Of a stretch of DNA of 64,000 nt, positions 35,216 to 47,686 are shown in pieces. This DNA is from Sphaerodactylus townsendi (Eukaryota): NCBI RefSeq assembly GCF_021028975.2, contig NC_059427.1, forward strand, positions 121,334,001-121,398,000. Direction: 5' to 3'. A model generated the notes under the pieces. That model ran no database searches. It was not told where the DNA came from and was given only the letters and a program-made list of their open reading frames with translations. The position numbers were made by a program, and so were the translations under genes. The stretch's first letter is position 1. Every line of letters starts with the position of its first letter.

Positions 35216-35367
35216 ATAGATGAGGAACATTACACACCATTTGTTCTGCTTGCAAAATTAAGAATTTTGGATTACAAAGCCAGTAAAATAAAAAGAATGG
35301 GGAAAAGAGTGCAGACACACAACATGGTCACACTAGAAAGACAAGGGCAAAGGTAGGCACTCTCTTT

Positions 35368-35464
35368 GGCGGATTCCGCATAGGCCAAAAAACACAGTTT
35401 ACACCGTTTTAAACCATTTTACACCGTTTTCACATCGCTGTTTTTGGCTCATGCGGAATCCGCC
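35368..35464. mobile_element. Short Harbinger-like MITE
   Basis: TIRs ggcggattccgcat / atgcggaatccgcc; internal 10-bp tandem units. Confidence 0.7.
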
Positions 35465-35538
35465 TATGACTCTTTTAAAATGGGGATACTGCTGCTTTGC
35501 CAAATTGGCAACAGTGAGACAAAACCATTCATAAATAC

Positions 35539-35602
35539 CTGATTCATGAGGGTCCGGCTCAGAACTTTATTCCCTCCCATCATCAGCATGCTAGTAAATT
35601 TG
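35539..35602 (-). CDS. MRPS7: MRPS7 coding exon 3 (64 nt)
   Basis: (S)KFTSMLMMGGNKVLSRTLMNQ; cag acceptor and gtattt donor; phase fits neighbouring exons. Confidence 0.94.
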
Positions 35603-35999
35603 CTGTAACAACAACGTACAACCATGAGTATCCTAGATTTCTGATTTCGTTATCAAGGCACAAGATCCCTATTGCAAAACTCTACCCTTACACTGATCAA
35701 CCACAACATTATGCATGGAGATCCAGGACAAGAGTGCCAGTTACTTCATATCTGCTTTCAGTTTTCCTAACCTGCATTAAAATCACTACCATAGGGAGGG
35801 GAGGGGAGGGAGTGAGGGATGGCATGCAAGGGAGGGGAGGGGAGCGGAAAATAGCCCTGACACTTCAGGTCACCCAGCTGATTATACTTCCTGGATCCTT
35901 CAACTAATAGTTGCTGCTATCTGTTACAAATTGATTATTAACTAGATTTCCCAATAAAAGCAATGAGACTGATATACTGATACATAGCCAGATTCAGAC

Positions 36000-36191
36000 C
36001 TTATCAATGGATCATAGAACACAGAACTGGTGACACAGGAAGGGGCAGCTTGTATGGGTCGGACTGTTTTTAGCTCTTGTTCAGCCTTTTCCTCTTCTGA
36101 TAATTGCTCTGGAGGCTTTTGATATGCTTCTTTGTTTATTACTGGTTTAAGATACATGGGATCATATCGGCTCCACCTGATCTGGGTCAGC
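36000..36191 (-). CDS. MRPS7: MRPS7 coding exon 2 (192 nt)
   Basis: LTQIRWSRYDPMYLKPVINKEAYQKP...TSSVFYDPLI; cag acceptor and gtctga donor. Confidence 0.95.
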
Positions 36192-36454
36192 CTGTAAAGG
36201 ATTCAAGGAACAGAATAAGAATTTAATACAAAAAAATGTTCAACCCCCAGGAAGTGAAAGTATAGAATTCTACAGATTCTACACCCTTGCATCCAGTTCT
36301 GTGACCCAGTTTCATAGATGCATTTTAATGTACTTCCCTTCAACTTAATGAGCATTCAGGGCAACTTACGAAAGGTATACAACAATAAGCTATAGGCAGG
36401 TTTATATGGTGATGCACACTGGACACAGATGGTGGCACAACTGCCCAACTACAA

Positions 36455-36600
36455 CTACCCCTATGAGGAGAGATTTAGGGAGCTGGGTATGTTTAGTTTG
36501 GCGAAGAGAAGTTAAGAGGTGACATGATAGCCATGTTTAGATATCTGAAGGAATGTTATGTTGGTGAGGGAGCAAGCTGCTCCAGAGACTAAGACCAATG
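36455..36600 (+). mobile_element. CR1 ORF2 3' fragment
   Basis: ccctatgaggagag...gggagctgggtatgtttag...ggtgacatgatagcc. Confidence 0.7.
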
Positions 36601-37143
36601 TGATGAAGATGTGGCAGGACCTTACCCAAGACTCCCATTGTTCTATGGGCTGTCCTACGGGCATGGTCAGGCCTCTGATTGGCCCCTTGACCCGTCACCC
36701 ACCTGGAGCTTTAAATTGTTGGGGTCAGAGTGGAGCAGTGTTTCCCATCTGCTGCCAGCTTGATGTCAGTGTACATGCAGGGACAGGTGAAATGGAAGTT
36801 GGCTGGGCCAGCAAACGTTGGAGCTATCAGCAGCAGCCGCAGCAGCCCACCAGTGCTCTAGCCTCTTTAGGTTCTTCTGAGGGCTGAGAAGGGCCACACA
36901 AGCCAACAGATGGGATGGTGGCATCTTTGAGATGAGTTGGGGCAGTGATGTCTAGGCAGATCGGCTCCAGACACCATGAATGTCAAAAAGCATGAGGGAC
37001 AAGATAGAAACTTGCAGAACTCCAGAGGAGTAACAACCCTCTTAGGGCCACACTCTGAAACTTACCTTAAGATCAGAACCACCACAGAACAGTGTTTCCT
37101 AATTCCAACCCTGAAAGATACTAGGATACTATGATCTATGGTA

Positions 37144-37700
37144 TCAAAAGTCATCAGAAGGTCCAGGAGAATTAAAAGAGTTGCACCACCTTCCTGTGCA
37201 TTTTCTGGCTGATGTAATCCAACTAATTGTTCCAGCCCCATAACTAGGCCTGAAACCAGACTGGAATGGATCCAAACAATCTACAGCATTCAGAAAACTC
37301 TGAATTCTTTCAGATCTTGCTGAAGAATGGTACATTTGAAAGTGGATTATAGTTGTTCAGATCTTCTGGATTCAATGTAGGTTTATTTAGGAATGAACAC
37401 ACACTATCCACCTCAAGACAGGAGAAATCACTCATTCTCTCATGGAAGCATTTACTTTTTCTCTCTCCTCCTCCTCCTCTGAATACTTGAAAAGGCAAGA
37501 GGGGCAAGGGTCATACAAGCAGCTGACAGGTTTTTAACTTCCAAGAAATCCTCTCCACATTCTTTCACTGAACATGTTGAAAGGTATCCCACATTACCTG
37601 GCCGATCAGCACCCTGTGACTGTCCAATCCTGTCACTGCTAAGGGAGAATTCAAGTGGGAATGAAAGCAAGAGGTTTTACCCTCATGCACTTAGCTACAT
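37144..37700 (-). mobile_element. L2-like LINE reverse transcriptase remnant
   Basis: KPTLNPEDLNNYNPLSNVPF and LDPFQSGFRP in broken frames. Confidence 0.75.
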
Positions 37701-38876
37701 CTTTTCAGGATAAAGATGACATCAAATTTGAGAATTCATCCACCATTTCCTGGACCGTCCTTATTCTAGGATGCTCCACTTGGGTCCCAGCGCATTGAAG
37801 ACAGAACTAGGTAGGAACCAGGACTCAAATGGAGCATTGTTAGAACAAAGACAGTCTGAGAAATGGCAGATGAATTCTCACCTACAGAATATTCCACTTA
37901 CAGCATATTCCAAAGGTAGCCCCACCTACAGCATATTCAAATAGTTCAGTCTCAATGTTACCAGAGTATACATGTATAGCATCAGATTATTTGATGTTCA
38001 AAATTGTGTTTAAGATGGTTAAAGTATGGTTAAAATATGGAAGCATATTTAGCGTGGATTATAATCCACATTTGGATGTCCAAATGAAGTAAAAGTATGA
38101 TAGTTTTTCACATTAATCTAAAATGCATAGATGTTATCTTGTAAAAAAAAATCAATCAAGTTTATATCCATTTAGTACCAGGAGATAAACAATTCATTTA
38201 AATTATTTAACCCTTCCTGACATCAAACATACACTGCAGATCCAGATCCATCATCTTGCCTCATGCCAAATTATATAAACATCTCAATTTAAATATTTTC
38301 CCCATTTTTCTTCAAAAACAAACCAGATGTTATCGCAAATGAACATCTTATGGTTATAGGAAGGAACATTGACACCACAAGAACTTATTGCCCATTGATT
38401 CTCACAAACATGCATTATAAATTAGGGAGTGGAATGTTTTAACAGACATCTTCATTCATAGAACCACTGGCACCGCAATCATTCAGAGTTGCTGCCGGGG
38501 TTGCCAACCTCCAGGTGGGGCCATTGAAATTCAATGTATTTAGAGTGGAAAACTACACTGCGAGTCACCTGGACCAGAATGCATTACACACAATTTGCTG
38601 AGCTGCTTTTGGCATACGGTAGTTCGGTTATATGGCTGGTAGATGAATATGCATGTTTTTGGCGGGGGCGGCAACAGATTCTTTTACCTTTTCAAGTTCT
38701 TTTTCTATAACTGTCAGGTCTGTATTTCATGAAGATGGCACGTTTTGAAGCCTTGGTGCGTGTGCTCTATGCAGACGGAGTTATATCAAATAAACTGAAA
38801 TTATGTACAGCAAAGACTCTGCATCCCATATTATCAGCACAGATTCTGGAAACCCTTATTTTAGAACTTCACTTAC

Positions 38877-38953
38877 CCAGGTAACCAAACCTTGGTATAG
38901 CCACATAACTGTTGTCCCCTCACCCGGAGCTTTTCCATCATGGGGGCAGCCAT
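38877..38953 (-). CDS. MRPS7: MRPS7 coding exon 1 (77 nt), mitochondrial presequence-like
   Basis: MAAPMMEKLRVRGQQLCGYTKVWLP(G); donor gtaagt; spliced CDS 723 nt = 240 aa. Confidence 0.92.
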
Positions 38954-39039
38954 GTTGAGTCTGTCTTCAGGACCCTACCAGTAGGTGTCTAAGATCCTGC
39001 CTGACAGTTTTGCCTTCTTTAAGCTCCGTTAGAAACTGG

Positions 39040-39115
39040 CTTCTGCATAGCAGCCTTTTACGTGTAACGGTGTCAGTGATCAATGGGAGCGGGCGGGGTG
39101 GAGGGGACGGGACCA
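39040..39115 (-). promoter_or_regulatory. MRPS7: Probable MRPS7 proximal promoter with GC box
   Basis: Small CpG patch with GGGCGGGG at about 39091-39098, 140 nt upstream of the ATG. Confidence 0.45.
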
Positions 39116-39281
39116 AAAAACCAGTTTTTAAAATATATCTCTTTGCCAGTTCGAAATCTTACAAAATCAGAAAGTAATCCCTTCTTTTGCCTTTTAAAAA
39201 AATATATGTTTGTCATTCTGTCGTTGGAGTTTCTCTCACATAACTATTCGAAATTCTCTTCTATTGATGTAATTATATGCA

Positions 39282-39371
39282 GGGCTCTTTGGCACATGCA
39301 GAATAATGCACTTTCAATCCACTTTCAATGCACTTTGAAGCTGGATTTTACTGTGCAGAATAGAAAAATCC
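39282..39371. mobile_element. Half copy of the GGCCCCTTCC-family MITE
   Basis: gcacatgcagaataatgcactttcaatcc... Confidence 0.7.
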
Positions 39372-39547
39372 CATAAAGACTCAGAAAATGTTATTCTAGA
39401 ATAAAATTTCATGCACAAAATAAGTGAATTTTAGTCCACAAAAGTTTATGCCATAAGAACATAGTCTTTTCAGGTGCCACTAGACTTCTGTTCAGTTTTT
39501 GTGCAACAGACTAATATAGCTATCTCTCTGGGATCATTATTGTGAGT

Positions 39548-39866
39548 ATTGTCGAAGGCTTTCACAGCCGAATTCAACTGGTTGTGGTGGGTTTTCCGGG
39601 CTGTGTGGCCATGGTCTGGTGGATCTTGTTCCTAACATTTCAGGTAAGTTCCACAACAAGTTCCACTCAAACACTTACTGATTGGTTCCCCACCCTGGGA
39701 CATGGACAATATATACCCCAAACATTCTCTTCTCTCTGGACACAGTGTGTAACAGACTTCCCTCTGTGATACACCTCTGAAGATGCCAGCCACAGATGCA
39801 GGTGAAACGTTAGGAACAAGATCCACTAGACCACGGCCACACAGCCTGGAAAACCCACCACAACCA
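39548..39866. mobile_element. Penelope-like inverted pseudo-LTR insertion
   Basis: Inverted arms; TSD attattgtgagt / attattgcgagt. Confidence 0.8.
39774..39814 (+). ncRNA. Minimal type I hammerhead ribozyme motif
   Basis: cct-CTGAAGA-t-gccagccacagatgcaggt-GAAAC-GTT-agg. Confidence 0.55.
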
Positions 39867-40249
39867 ATTATTGCGAGTGTTTCAAAATGTCAACACCAAA
39901 TGTGAACACCTATTCATCGGAAATTCAATGAGACTTGTTCCCAAAGTAGCATGCATAATCTTGCAAGATTAAACTTTCAGTAAACACACTAGAATACTTT
40001 GTGAGATGTAGTAACAAAAGCTGCTCAGTTCTTGGGGAAAAACACAGAAGACAAATCATGGTTTGAATTGTAGAAATTGCACATGACCTGAAGGACTTGA
40101 ATCAAAATGTCTGATCCCATACCACTGTTCTTATAGAAAACTGTGGGGACTGGTTAAATCCAGGTGATTTTGAACAGATCCTCATAAATTCATACAATTT
40201 TTACACTGGAATGAAACCACCATGTACAGCATGTCTTAGTCTATAGGAC

Positions 40250-40860
40250 GTACCACAAAAATCATGCATCCAATGCACCGTGGGGCCCAGTGGCACAAAT
40301 CCTCATGCTTTTTGCACTAGGTCACCCCAAAATCACCATCATATCACAGCTCAACCACAAATTTCAGCACAATAGTCACAATAGATCTCCTATTTTGTAC
40401 TGTGGTTTTGCAGTGATGCAAAAACGTGGTTGCAAAGCATGGATCCTCATGGATTGCTTTTGCATTGGGTCACCCTAATGACAGCATCAATTCACATGTT
40501 AAATCTATGGATACAGCTTGCACCACAAAGATCAAGCATCCATTGCTTTGCAGTACTGCCACAGTGCAAAGACATGGTTTTGAAGCCCTGTTCTTCATGG
40601 ATTCTCAGAGTGTTAGCAGTATGTTGCCCCAAATTTACCATCAGCCCACATATCATGTCCATAACCACAGATTGCACGGTGCACCACAACAACACACATC
40701 TGTGGCACCATGGGCTAGCCCCCCAGCGCAGACATGGTTCTGAAGCATGGATGCATATGGGCCTCAGGGCTTTTGAAGTGGGTCACCCCACACTCACTAT
40801 CAAAGCACATATGTCTACCGCCACAGTTTGCACCACAAACATCACACATCCAAAACTTTC
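40250..40860. repeat. Degenerate ~150-160-bp tandem array (about 4 units)
   Basis: gctttt...ggtcaccc near 40307, 40456 and 40769; catggtt.tgaagc-like near 40425, 40573 and 40733. Confidence 0.6.
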
Positions 40861-41107
40861 TGGGTCTCCCCTTATTCATTATCCATCCACCATTTATTAT
40901 CCATGGCCAGAGCTTGTGGCACCACAAATCACTGGATGAGTGATTGTTTTGCTCAGATCTGTGGCTAGGGACATGAACTGTGATGTGATGGTGATTTGGC
41001 AGTGACAGTGCAGACGTCATGAGGATCTGTGCTTTTCAACCATTTTTGTGCCACCATGGATGGGAAGCATGGGATGTGTGATTGTTTTGGTTTTGCCTAT
41101 AGACTAA

Positions 41108-41243
41108 GGCCCCTTCTGCACATGCAGAATAATGCACTTTCAATCCACTTATTGTTTACAAGTGGATTTTGCTATTTCGAACAGCTGCAAAGTGCATTGA
41201 ACGTGGATTGAAAGTGCATTATTCTGCATGTGCAGAAGGGGCC
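41108..41243. mobile_element. Harbinger-type MITE (GGCCCCTTC family)
   Basis: Near-perfect TIRs; flanks taa/tta (TWA-type target). Confidence 0.85.
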
Positions 41244-41779
41244 TTAGGCATATTCTACACATTAACATGGTGGTTTTGTTTCATTCCAAAAATCATGAAT
41301 TCATGAGGATCCGTGTTTTCATGCTGCTGCTGTGCCACGAAGTGTTGTGTCCACTTTTTATAGTCCTGACTTCCACATGTGATTTGATACTGTTCTGGGG
41401 GAGTTCTCCATTAAATAGTGGAGGATCCATGGGGATCTGTGTAGATCCGCCTTTTCCCTTTCTCAAGTCCCAGCAATTCTATGTATGGAAATGTTAAGAG
41501 ATCATAGTCTACGCCTCTACTACTCCAGGAACATCTTGCTTGAGCAACAAATGAAGAGGTTGCTTCAAACAGAAAAAAGCTATTACGTTTGAAGGTCTTT
41601 TGATATTACTTGGAGTGTAGTAGTGGGAGTGTTAACACAGAGGGACCCCAACTCAGTTCTCCACTTAGCTATGAAATTCCTTGGCTGTCTTGCTTTTGCT
41701 CAATATGTCCAGAGATTACAACAGGGAGGGCCGAACTCTTGGGCAAAGGGTGAGGTAAAACCTATGGGAGCTTCTCCAC

Positions 41780-42145
41780 CTCCTCCCGAACTCTACTGGG
41801 CTGGCTCTGCCCAGCTCGGCTGTGGCGTCGCCGGTCAGGGGGCGGAGTCTCGAGGTCGGCCGGCAACATGGCGGAGGCGGAAGGGGAAAGCCTGGAGTCC
41901 TGGCTGAGTGAGTAACCCCCGTCCTCTCCCCTTCCGCCCAGTGAGGGGGTGGCGGCTCGGCTTCCCCCTCGGTTTGGGGGAAGGACGCAAGGGCGGGAGG
42001 GAGGTCCAGGAAGCCCCCGGGACGGGGAGTCTGGGGCTGTGGTCCGCGGGCTGTAGGGAGTGTGAATGGGGCTACGGCAGTCCCGAGGAAGGTCTGGAGA
42101 TGGGTCGGGGCAGGGGAGAGATGGCGAGGCACGTCGGCCATGGGT
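41780..42145 (+). promoter_or_regulatory. GGA3: GGA3 CpG island promoter
   Basis: CpG-rich; GC box GGGGGCGGAGTC at about 41838-41849. Confidence 0.75.
41868..41907 (+). CDS. GGA3: ADP-ribosylation factor-binding protein GGA3, coding exon 1 (40 nt)
   Basis: MAEAEGESLESWL(N); donor gtgagt. Confidence 0.93.
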
Positions 42146-43610
42146 AGAGAGGCTGTGTGATCTCATGCAAAGGAAGATTGTGCCTTAGCTAGGTGAGAAC
42201 ATGTCGACAGATGCAGGTTTTTCGCATCCCTCCTGCAAAGCTGGACTGGACGACAGAAACACAGGCTTCTTTTGCCTGGGGGCAAGTTAAAGGTGCTGCT
42301 CACCTTGGGACCCCCCTGCCTGTGACTGTGTCACCGGCCTCTGCCCATCCCTGCTCCTGATCTTTGTCAAGGTTTTTTTTTTTTGTCTTGCAGTGATGAC
42401 TTACCCTGAGTACCCACATTTTCTGCCCACAGCATTTCTGCTGTTCACCCGTGACCCACAGATCATGACTCATAGTGTCCTACTTCCCCTTTCTTTAGTC
42501 CATACCAGAGGGTCTTTTTCCTTATGTTCCCAAAACGAGTCTCTCAGTTCCTCTGTTGCCTTCAATTGACCATATGCATGTGTGGGTATATTTTAATTTT
42601 ACTTCATTTATACCCCCATCATTTCCCTCCAAAGAGACCCAAAGCAGCTTACAGCGTTCTCCGATTTATGCTACATACAGACATGTGCCCCTTTCTAAGA
42701 ATAACTAAGGAAGGGGAGAAGACAGGGGTTATTCAATATTTGAGCTTCCCTCAACTCTGCCCCCTGTCTCCTTTATACAAAATCTGGAGTAGGATGGTAT
42801 GAAGTGTGATCTGGAAGTATTGGTGTTCACATGCCACCCAGCTTTGGAACTCATTTAGTGCATTTAGGCGCACTCCTTGTTTTCTCAGCCTTCTACCTCT
42901 CTGGTAGAAGATAATAAAACTTGTTTACATCATATTCAAGAACTTTTGGGACATTCTTCTATGAACTGATGTGTGCTGTATGTATATTCCCTTACAATGT
43001 TTGTGGCCATGATCATTCTCCTTCTACTTCCTTTACACTTCACCGAAATGTCATTAAAATATTTCCTAATTAGTATGAGCAGTTCAGGCATTTCCTGTGC
43101 AAGTGGAGTGTGCCTCCTGGATCTGGCAGGTTGTTATATTTTAAAAGGGTGGTGTGGACTGTGCATATATTTATAAACCAATTTTCCTGAATAAGCTTGA
43201 AATGATTTATATATTTAAAAAACACCAATATACAATGGATAAGAGAAAAACCAACATTCTAAAACCACTAAGATAATACCATTCAGTCCAACATGCTTCT
43301 TAATAGCTCTGCCTCACATTGCTTCTAAATTACAAACAAGAATATACGGTACTTGCACCATTTGGCAACCTGCTCTGCAGAGATGGAGGTGCTACTAAAA
43401 AAAAATCCCTTGAGCTGTAGCTGTTCTAAACTCGTGCCAGAACAGAAGGCAGACCCTAGTAGGAAGACCATAATGTCCACCCAGGCTTATATATGGGGCT
43501 CATATATGGTATCTTTACAGTCTTTCCCCAGTATCCTTTTTGTTAAAGTAAGCTGTTCCTGACAGGCTCCTTCACAGTATAATATGATGTCTTAGTGAAC
43601 TTATCTTGTT

Positions 43611-43867
43611 TTTCTGGGCTGTGTGGCCGTGGTCTGGTGGATTTTGTTCCTAATGTTTTGCCTGCATCTGTGGCTGGCATCTTCAGAGGTGTATCACAAA
43701 GTCTGTTTCAAAAGTCAGAAACAGACTTTTCTCTGTGATACACCTCTGAAGATGCCAGCCACAGATTCAGGCGAAACGTTAGGAACAAAATCCACCAGAC
43801 ACGGCCACACAGCCCAGAAAACCCACCAGAACCAGTTGAATCGGCCATGAAAGCTTTCGACAATACA
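43611..43867. mobile_element. Penelope-like inverted pseudo-LTR insertion in GGA3 intron 1
   Basis: Near-perfect foldback; TSD ttatcttgtt (43601-43610, 43868-43877). Confidence 0.8.
43743..43783 (+). ncRNA. Minimal type I hammerhead ribozyme motif, sense to GGA3
   Basis: cct-CTGAAGA-t-gcc[agccacagattca]ggc-GAAAC-GTT-agg. Confidence 0.6.
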
Positions 43868-44560
43868 TTATCTTGTTCTTGATTGTTTCCTGGCCTGTTT
43901 ATCCTTCCCCAGTCCTGCAATTAAGTTTGTGTGGGGAAATGTTGTGGTTTCCTGAAAGACTGAGAAATAACTGAATGGGACCTATCCCTGTGTTTCCTGA
44001 GTTTCTTCATCCACCCAATTGATGATTGTTTTCTCTCTGCTATCTGCCTGATTCTTTCGTCTCTTTCGTTTTGTGCCCACCCTCCCTTTTCAGAGTCCAA
44101 GCAATCTATATTTCCTAAGTGCTTCTAGATAAAGACATACCAAAGTAAGATAAAGCAGATAGAAGGTAGGCCTTTATCTGATGCAACAAAATTAGCTCCT
44201 TCTCCACTACAGACTCAGCAGACTATTGTGCATTTAAATGAGCGTTGAATGGAGACTGAGATATCTAAGCAGAAATCCAAAGCTGCAGTTGTAGTAGATA
44301 CAGACAATCTGAAGTCTGGCTTCATTAACTCGTAATTCATTTCTAAAGGAGGAAGGTCATTAAATTCTGCGTTGTCTACTTTCTCCAACTGTGCAATCCT
44401 AAATGCAGTTATACAGTGGTCTTATGAGATGATAACTCTGCTTAGAATTGCATTATAAACCACTGGTTTCCTTGCTAAAAAGAACTCCTCTTAGTTTGTC
44501 AGAGAGGGGTAGAGAATTTTGCAGTTTTCAGATAAATTAGGAACTTCATACTCCTTAGTT

Positions 44561-44649
44561 TACCAGCATGGCCAATTGGCCATGCTGACAGAGGCTGATG
44601 GGAATTGTAGTTCCTGAACATCTGGAGAGCCGCAGGTTCCCTACCCCTG
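44561..44649. mobile_element. Right half of a palindromic hAT MITE
   Basis: Nearly identical to the right half of 53279-53427. Confidence 0.8.
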
Positions 44650-45513
44650 GTATATACTCGTGTATAAGTCGACCCTCATATAAGTCGAGGCACCTAATTT
44701 TACCACAAAAAAACTGGGAAAACTTATTGACTCGCGTATAAGTCGAGGGTGGGAAATGCAGCATCAATTGAGGCATCAGTAGGTTAAATGTTTTTGAATA
44801 TTTATTTCAAAGAAAAACAGTAAACTGGCTCTGTAAGTGGAAAAGGGGGTCAACAAGAACAATATGGTATCAACAATAACTTTAAAAGTACAAAAACCTC
44901 AGCTCAACCAGCAACCAAGCTAAAACACAAGAGTTAAAATCCTTCAAAACTGGATTCCTCATTATCATCTGTATGTCCAAATGTAACCCAACTTAGATTT
45001 TAAGAGGGATATTATCAGAAATGAAAAATCTACTATTAGCTTCCATTGTAAACAATGGGAGATGGGTCATCCCCTTTGGGGGGTCAATAACTTTGGATCC
45101 CCTGACCCAAACTTCACCAAACCTGGCTGGTATCATAAAGAGACTCTCCTGATGAGACCAGCCAGGTTTGGTGAAGTTTGGCTCAGAGGGTCCAAAGTTA
45201 TGGACCCTCAAAAGGGTAGCCCCATCTACTAATAGCTCCCATTGAAAACAATGGGGAATGGGGGCACCTCCTTTGGGGGTCCATAACTTTGGACCCCCTG
45301 AACCAAACTTTACCAAACTTGGCTGGTATCATCAGGAGAGTCTTCTGAGGGTACCCTGAAATTGTAGTGCCGCTATCATACAAACTGCGCCCCTGCCACG
45401 GGCAGTGCAAAGTAAAACACACAAAAAATTTTAATGACCCAAGATATAAGTCGAGGGTTTCTTCAAAGCATTAAAAATGTACGAAAATTTAACTTATACA
45501 TGAGTATATATGG
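44650..45513. mobile_element. Non-autonomous Tc/mariner (Tc2-like) element with internal ~196-bp repeat
   Basis: gtatatactcgtgtataagt ... acttatacatgagtatatatgg followed by TA; internal direct repeats start at 45044 and 45240. Confidence 0.7.
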
Positions 45514-47488
45514 TATTTGCATTTGTAGATTTTCAGGATGAACAATGTTCTGAGGTACTGTTCAGTTTATTTAGACTCTAGAAGGCTCTACAGTTAATGT
45601 TTTATATTATAAGGACAAAAATTGTTTTTGCTAAAATAAATATCACACAATTTTTTTCTTTTACCATGCTTTGTATACATGGCACCAGTCAGTCAACTAA
45701 ATCTTTATTACTGTCATAGACTCATATAAGATAAATTGAATTGAATTGATAGTACACAATAATAAATTGAATTGATAGTACACAAAAGAAAACATATTAA
45801 AGTAGTAAGCATAAGCACTAAAAAGGGTGAAAACATAAAGGAGGATAGGTATAAGAAGACACTAAAATTGTTAAATTGAGGATTATAGCTATCAGGACAT
45901 TATATCTACTATGTTGCACAGACCATCCTATGATGTGTTCCGAGTGCTGTAATAGTCATCTTGTAAAGCAGGTTGTTGGTATTTCACATTGCATATGACC
46001 AACTGGGACTGAGAGAAATAGCTTGCCTAAGTGGATTCGTGGCAGATGTGAGAGTTTAACAAGAATCTTCCTGGTACATAGTCCTTTGGCAGCTTTACCA
46101 TCGTAAAATGCCTCTAAGATGTTACTTCAAGGACAGTTACTACATATGACCATTTTTTTAAAAAAGAAAATTTTGTCAAAACAATGATGTTATTGCATTG
46201 GAATACAACAGTCACATGAATTCAACAGCAGTACTGCTTTCTGGACTGCTATCTCTTGATGAAAAAAAAATCTGAGCCTTGAGGTTTCAAATGAAATCAG
46301 GGCTAGGGCTTGATATCACTTCTGGTGAAAACCATAAGTAACATCATGAAGGCTCGCTACAGGGATTTACAAGCCAGCTATCCATAAAACCATAGCATTT
46401 TTTAGGAAATGCTAGAGTGTCCCACATGAAAGCTCTCCCAGTATTCCCTGGAAGTGATGCTCACAAGCATTCAGCACAATTCCGTCCCACACCATTTCTC
46501 ACCCCCCTTAAGTTCTCTTTTAGTGTCTAGAAAAAAGCCTGTGGACACCATGTTGAGGAACCCTGGTTGTGAGAACTACATTCTGTGGAAGCAAGGTGTA
46601 TGTATTTAGGGCTTCCCCACCCCAATATCACAGGGAACACACAGAACCCTTGACCTGGAGGATTTCACTCTGTTTATTTTTTTTATTTCTGGGAGTGAGG
46701 GGGAATACAAGCACTGAGTCTATTGATCCTGTGAAACTGTGAATTAACTGTGGTCCCTTTAGACAAGGCAGTTATTAGGATGTTGTGAAAGCTTCATTCG
46801 ACTGAGAGGCTCTGTTTGTGAGCCTGAATTTCTTCAGATAGTTCTATCCCCACAACTGTAGTACTTTTAAAAGTTAAATAGGCTTAATTCACACATGTAC
46901 ATTGCAGACCTGGGTAAGTTTTGATTAACCAAAGAGCTAAGTCGCTTCATTCCAGAGCGAATCCATCTTCTGAATGGTGTTCACAAAGCAGGACCCCCCT
47001 TTGCACTCCAAGATCTAGTTCCAGTTTCATTCAAATTATTGAGAGCAGGTGAAAAGAGCTTGGGGTGCTGGTAAAGCAGGTTGGTGACTAGGAGTGCCCA
47101 GCTTCTAGTTGCTGCATCTGATTTGCATAACTTCTTGTTACCTAGATTCCAGCTCATCTGGCCACATTGATCCATGTTTCAATAACCTCCATGGTTTGAA
47201 ATTTGCAGTAAAAAAGTAATTCTGTGCACAGGGCTGCCCTTGAAGAAAAAAAACCAAAGAAACTTCACAAACCCCGGTCCAGACTTCCAGGCAGCAACCC
47301 TAACTTGTTCAATTAGGAGCTAGCCACTGGGAACATGTCTCCTGCTCACATTTTGAAACAGTTACATTGGCTGCCAATCTGTTTCTGCAAGTTCACCTAA
47401 GAAGTTCAATGCGCGATACCTTTAAAACCATGACCTGGGATCTACTTACTGCTTCGAAGCACTGTTTCCTTCAATATTTCTCTATACT

Positions 47489-47686
47489 CAGTGGTAGGAT
47501 CCCAAAATTTTAATAACAAGTTCCAATGGTGGTGGATTCAAAACAGTGGCGCCCGCCTGATACACACCTCCAGTCCCTATTGGCCAAGGAGCCGTTGCTC
47601 TAGCTTAACTCCTTCTCGGCACTCAGAGAATATTAGTAACCAATTTCTAGAGAAGTGGTGAAAACTGGTTGGTTCCAACCTTACCT
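47489..47686. mobile_element. Degenerate hAT-like MITE
   Basis: cagtggtaggatcc ... ggttccaacct termini, weak match. Confidence 0.35.

Noticed and set aside
35793-35847. G-quadruplex-capable purine tract in MRPS7 intron 2
   Set aside because: Common low-complexity GGGA repeat with no further support
40430-40939. 169-aa His-rich ORF
   Set aside because: By-product of the degenerate tandem array; non-ATG start
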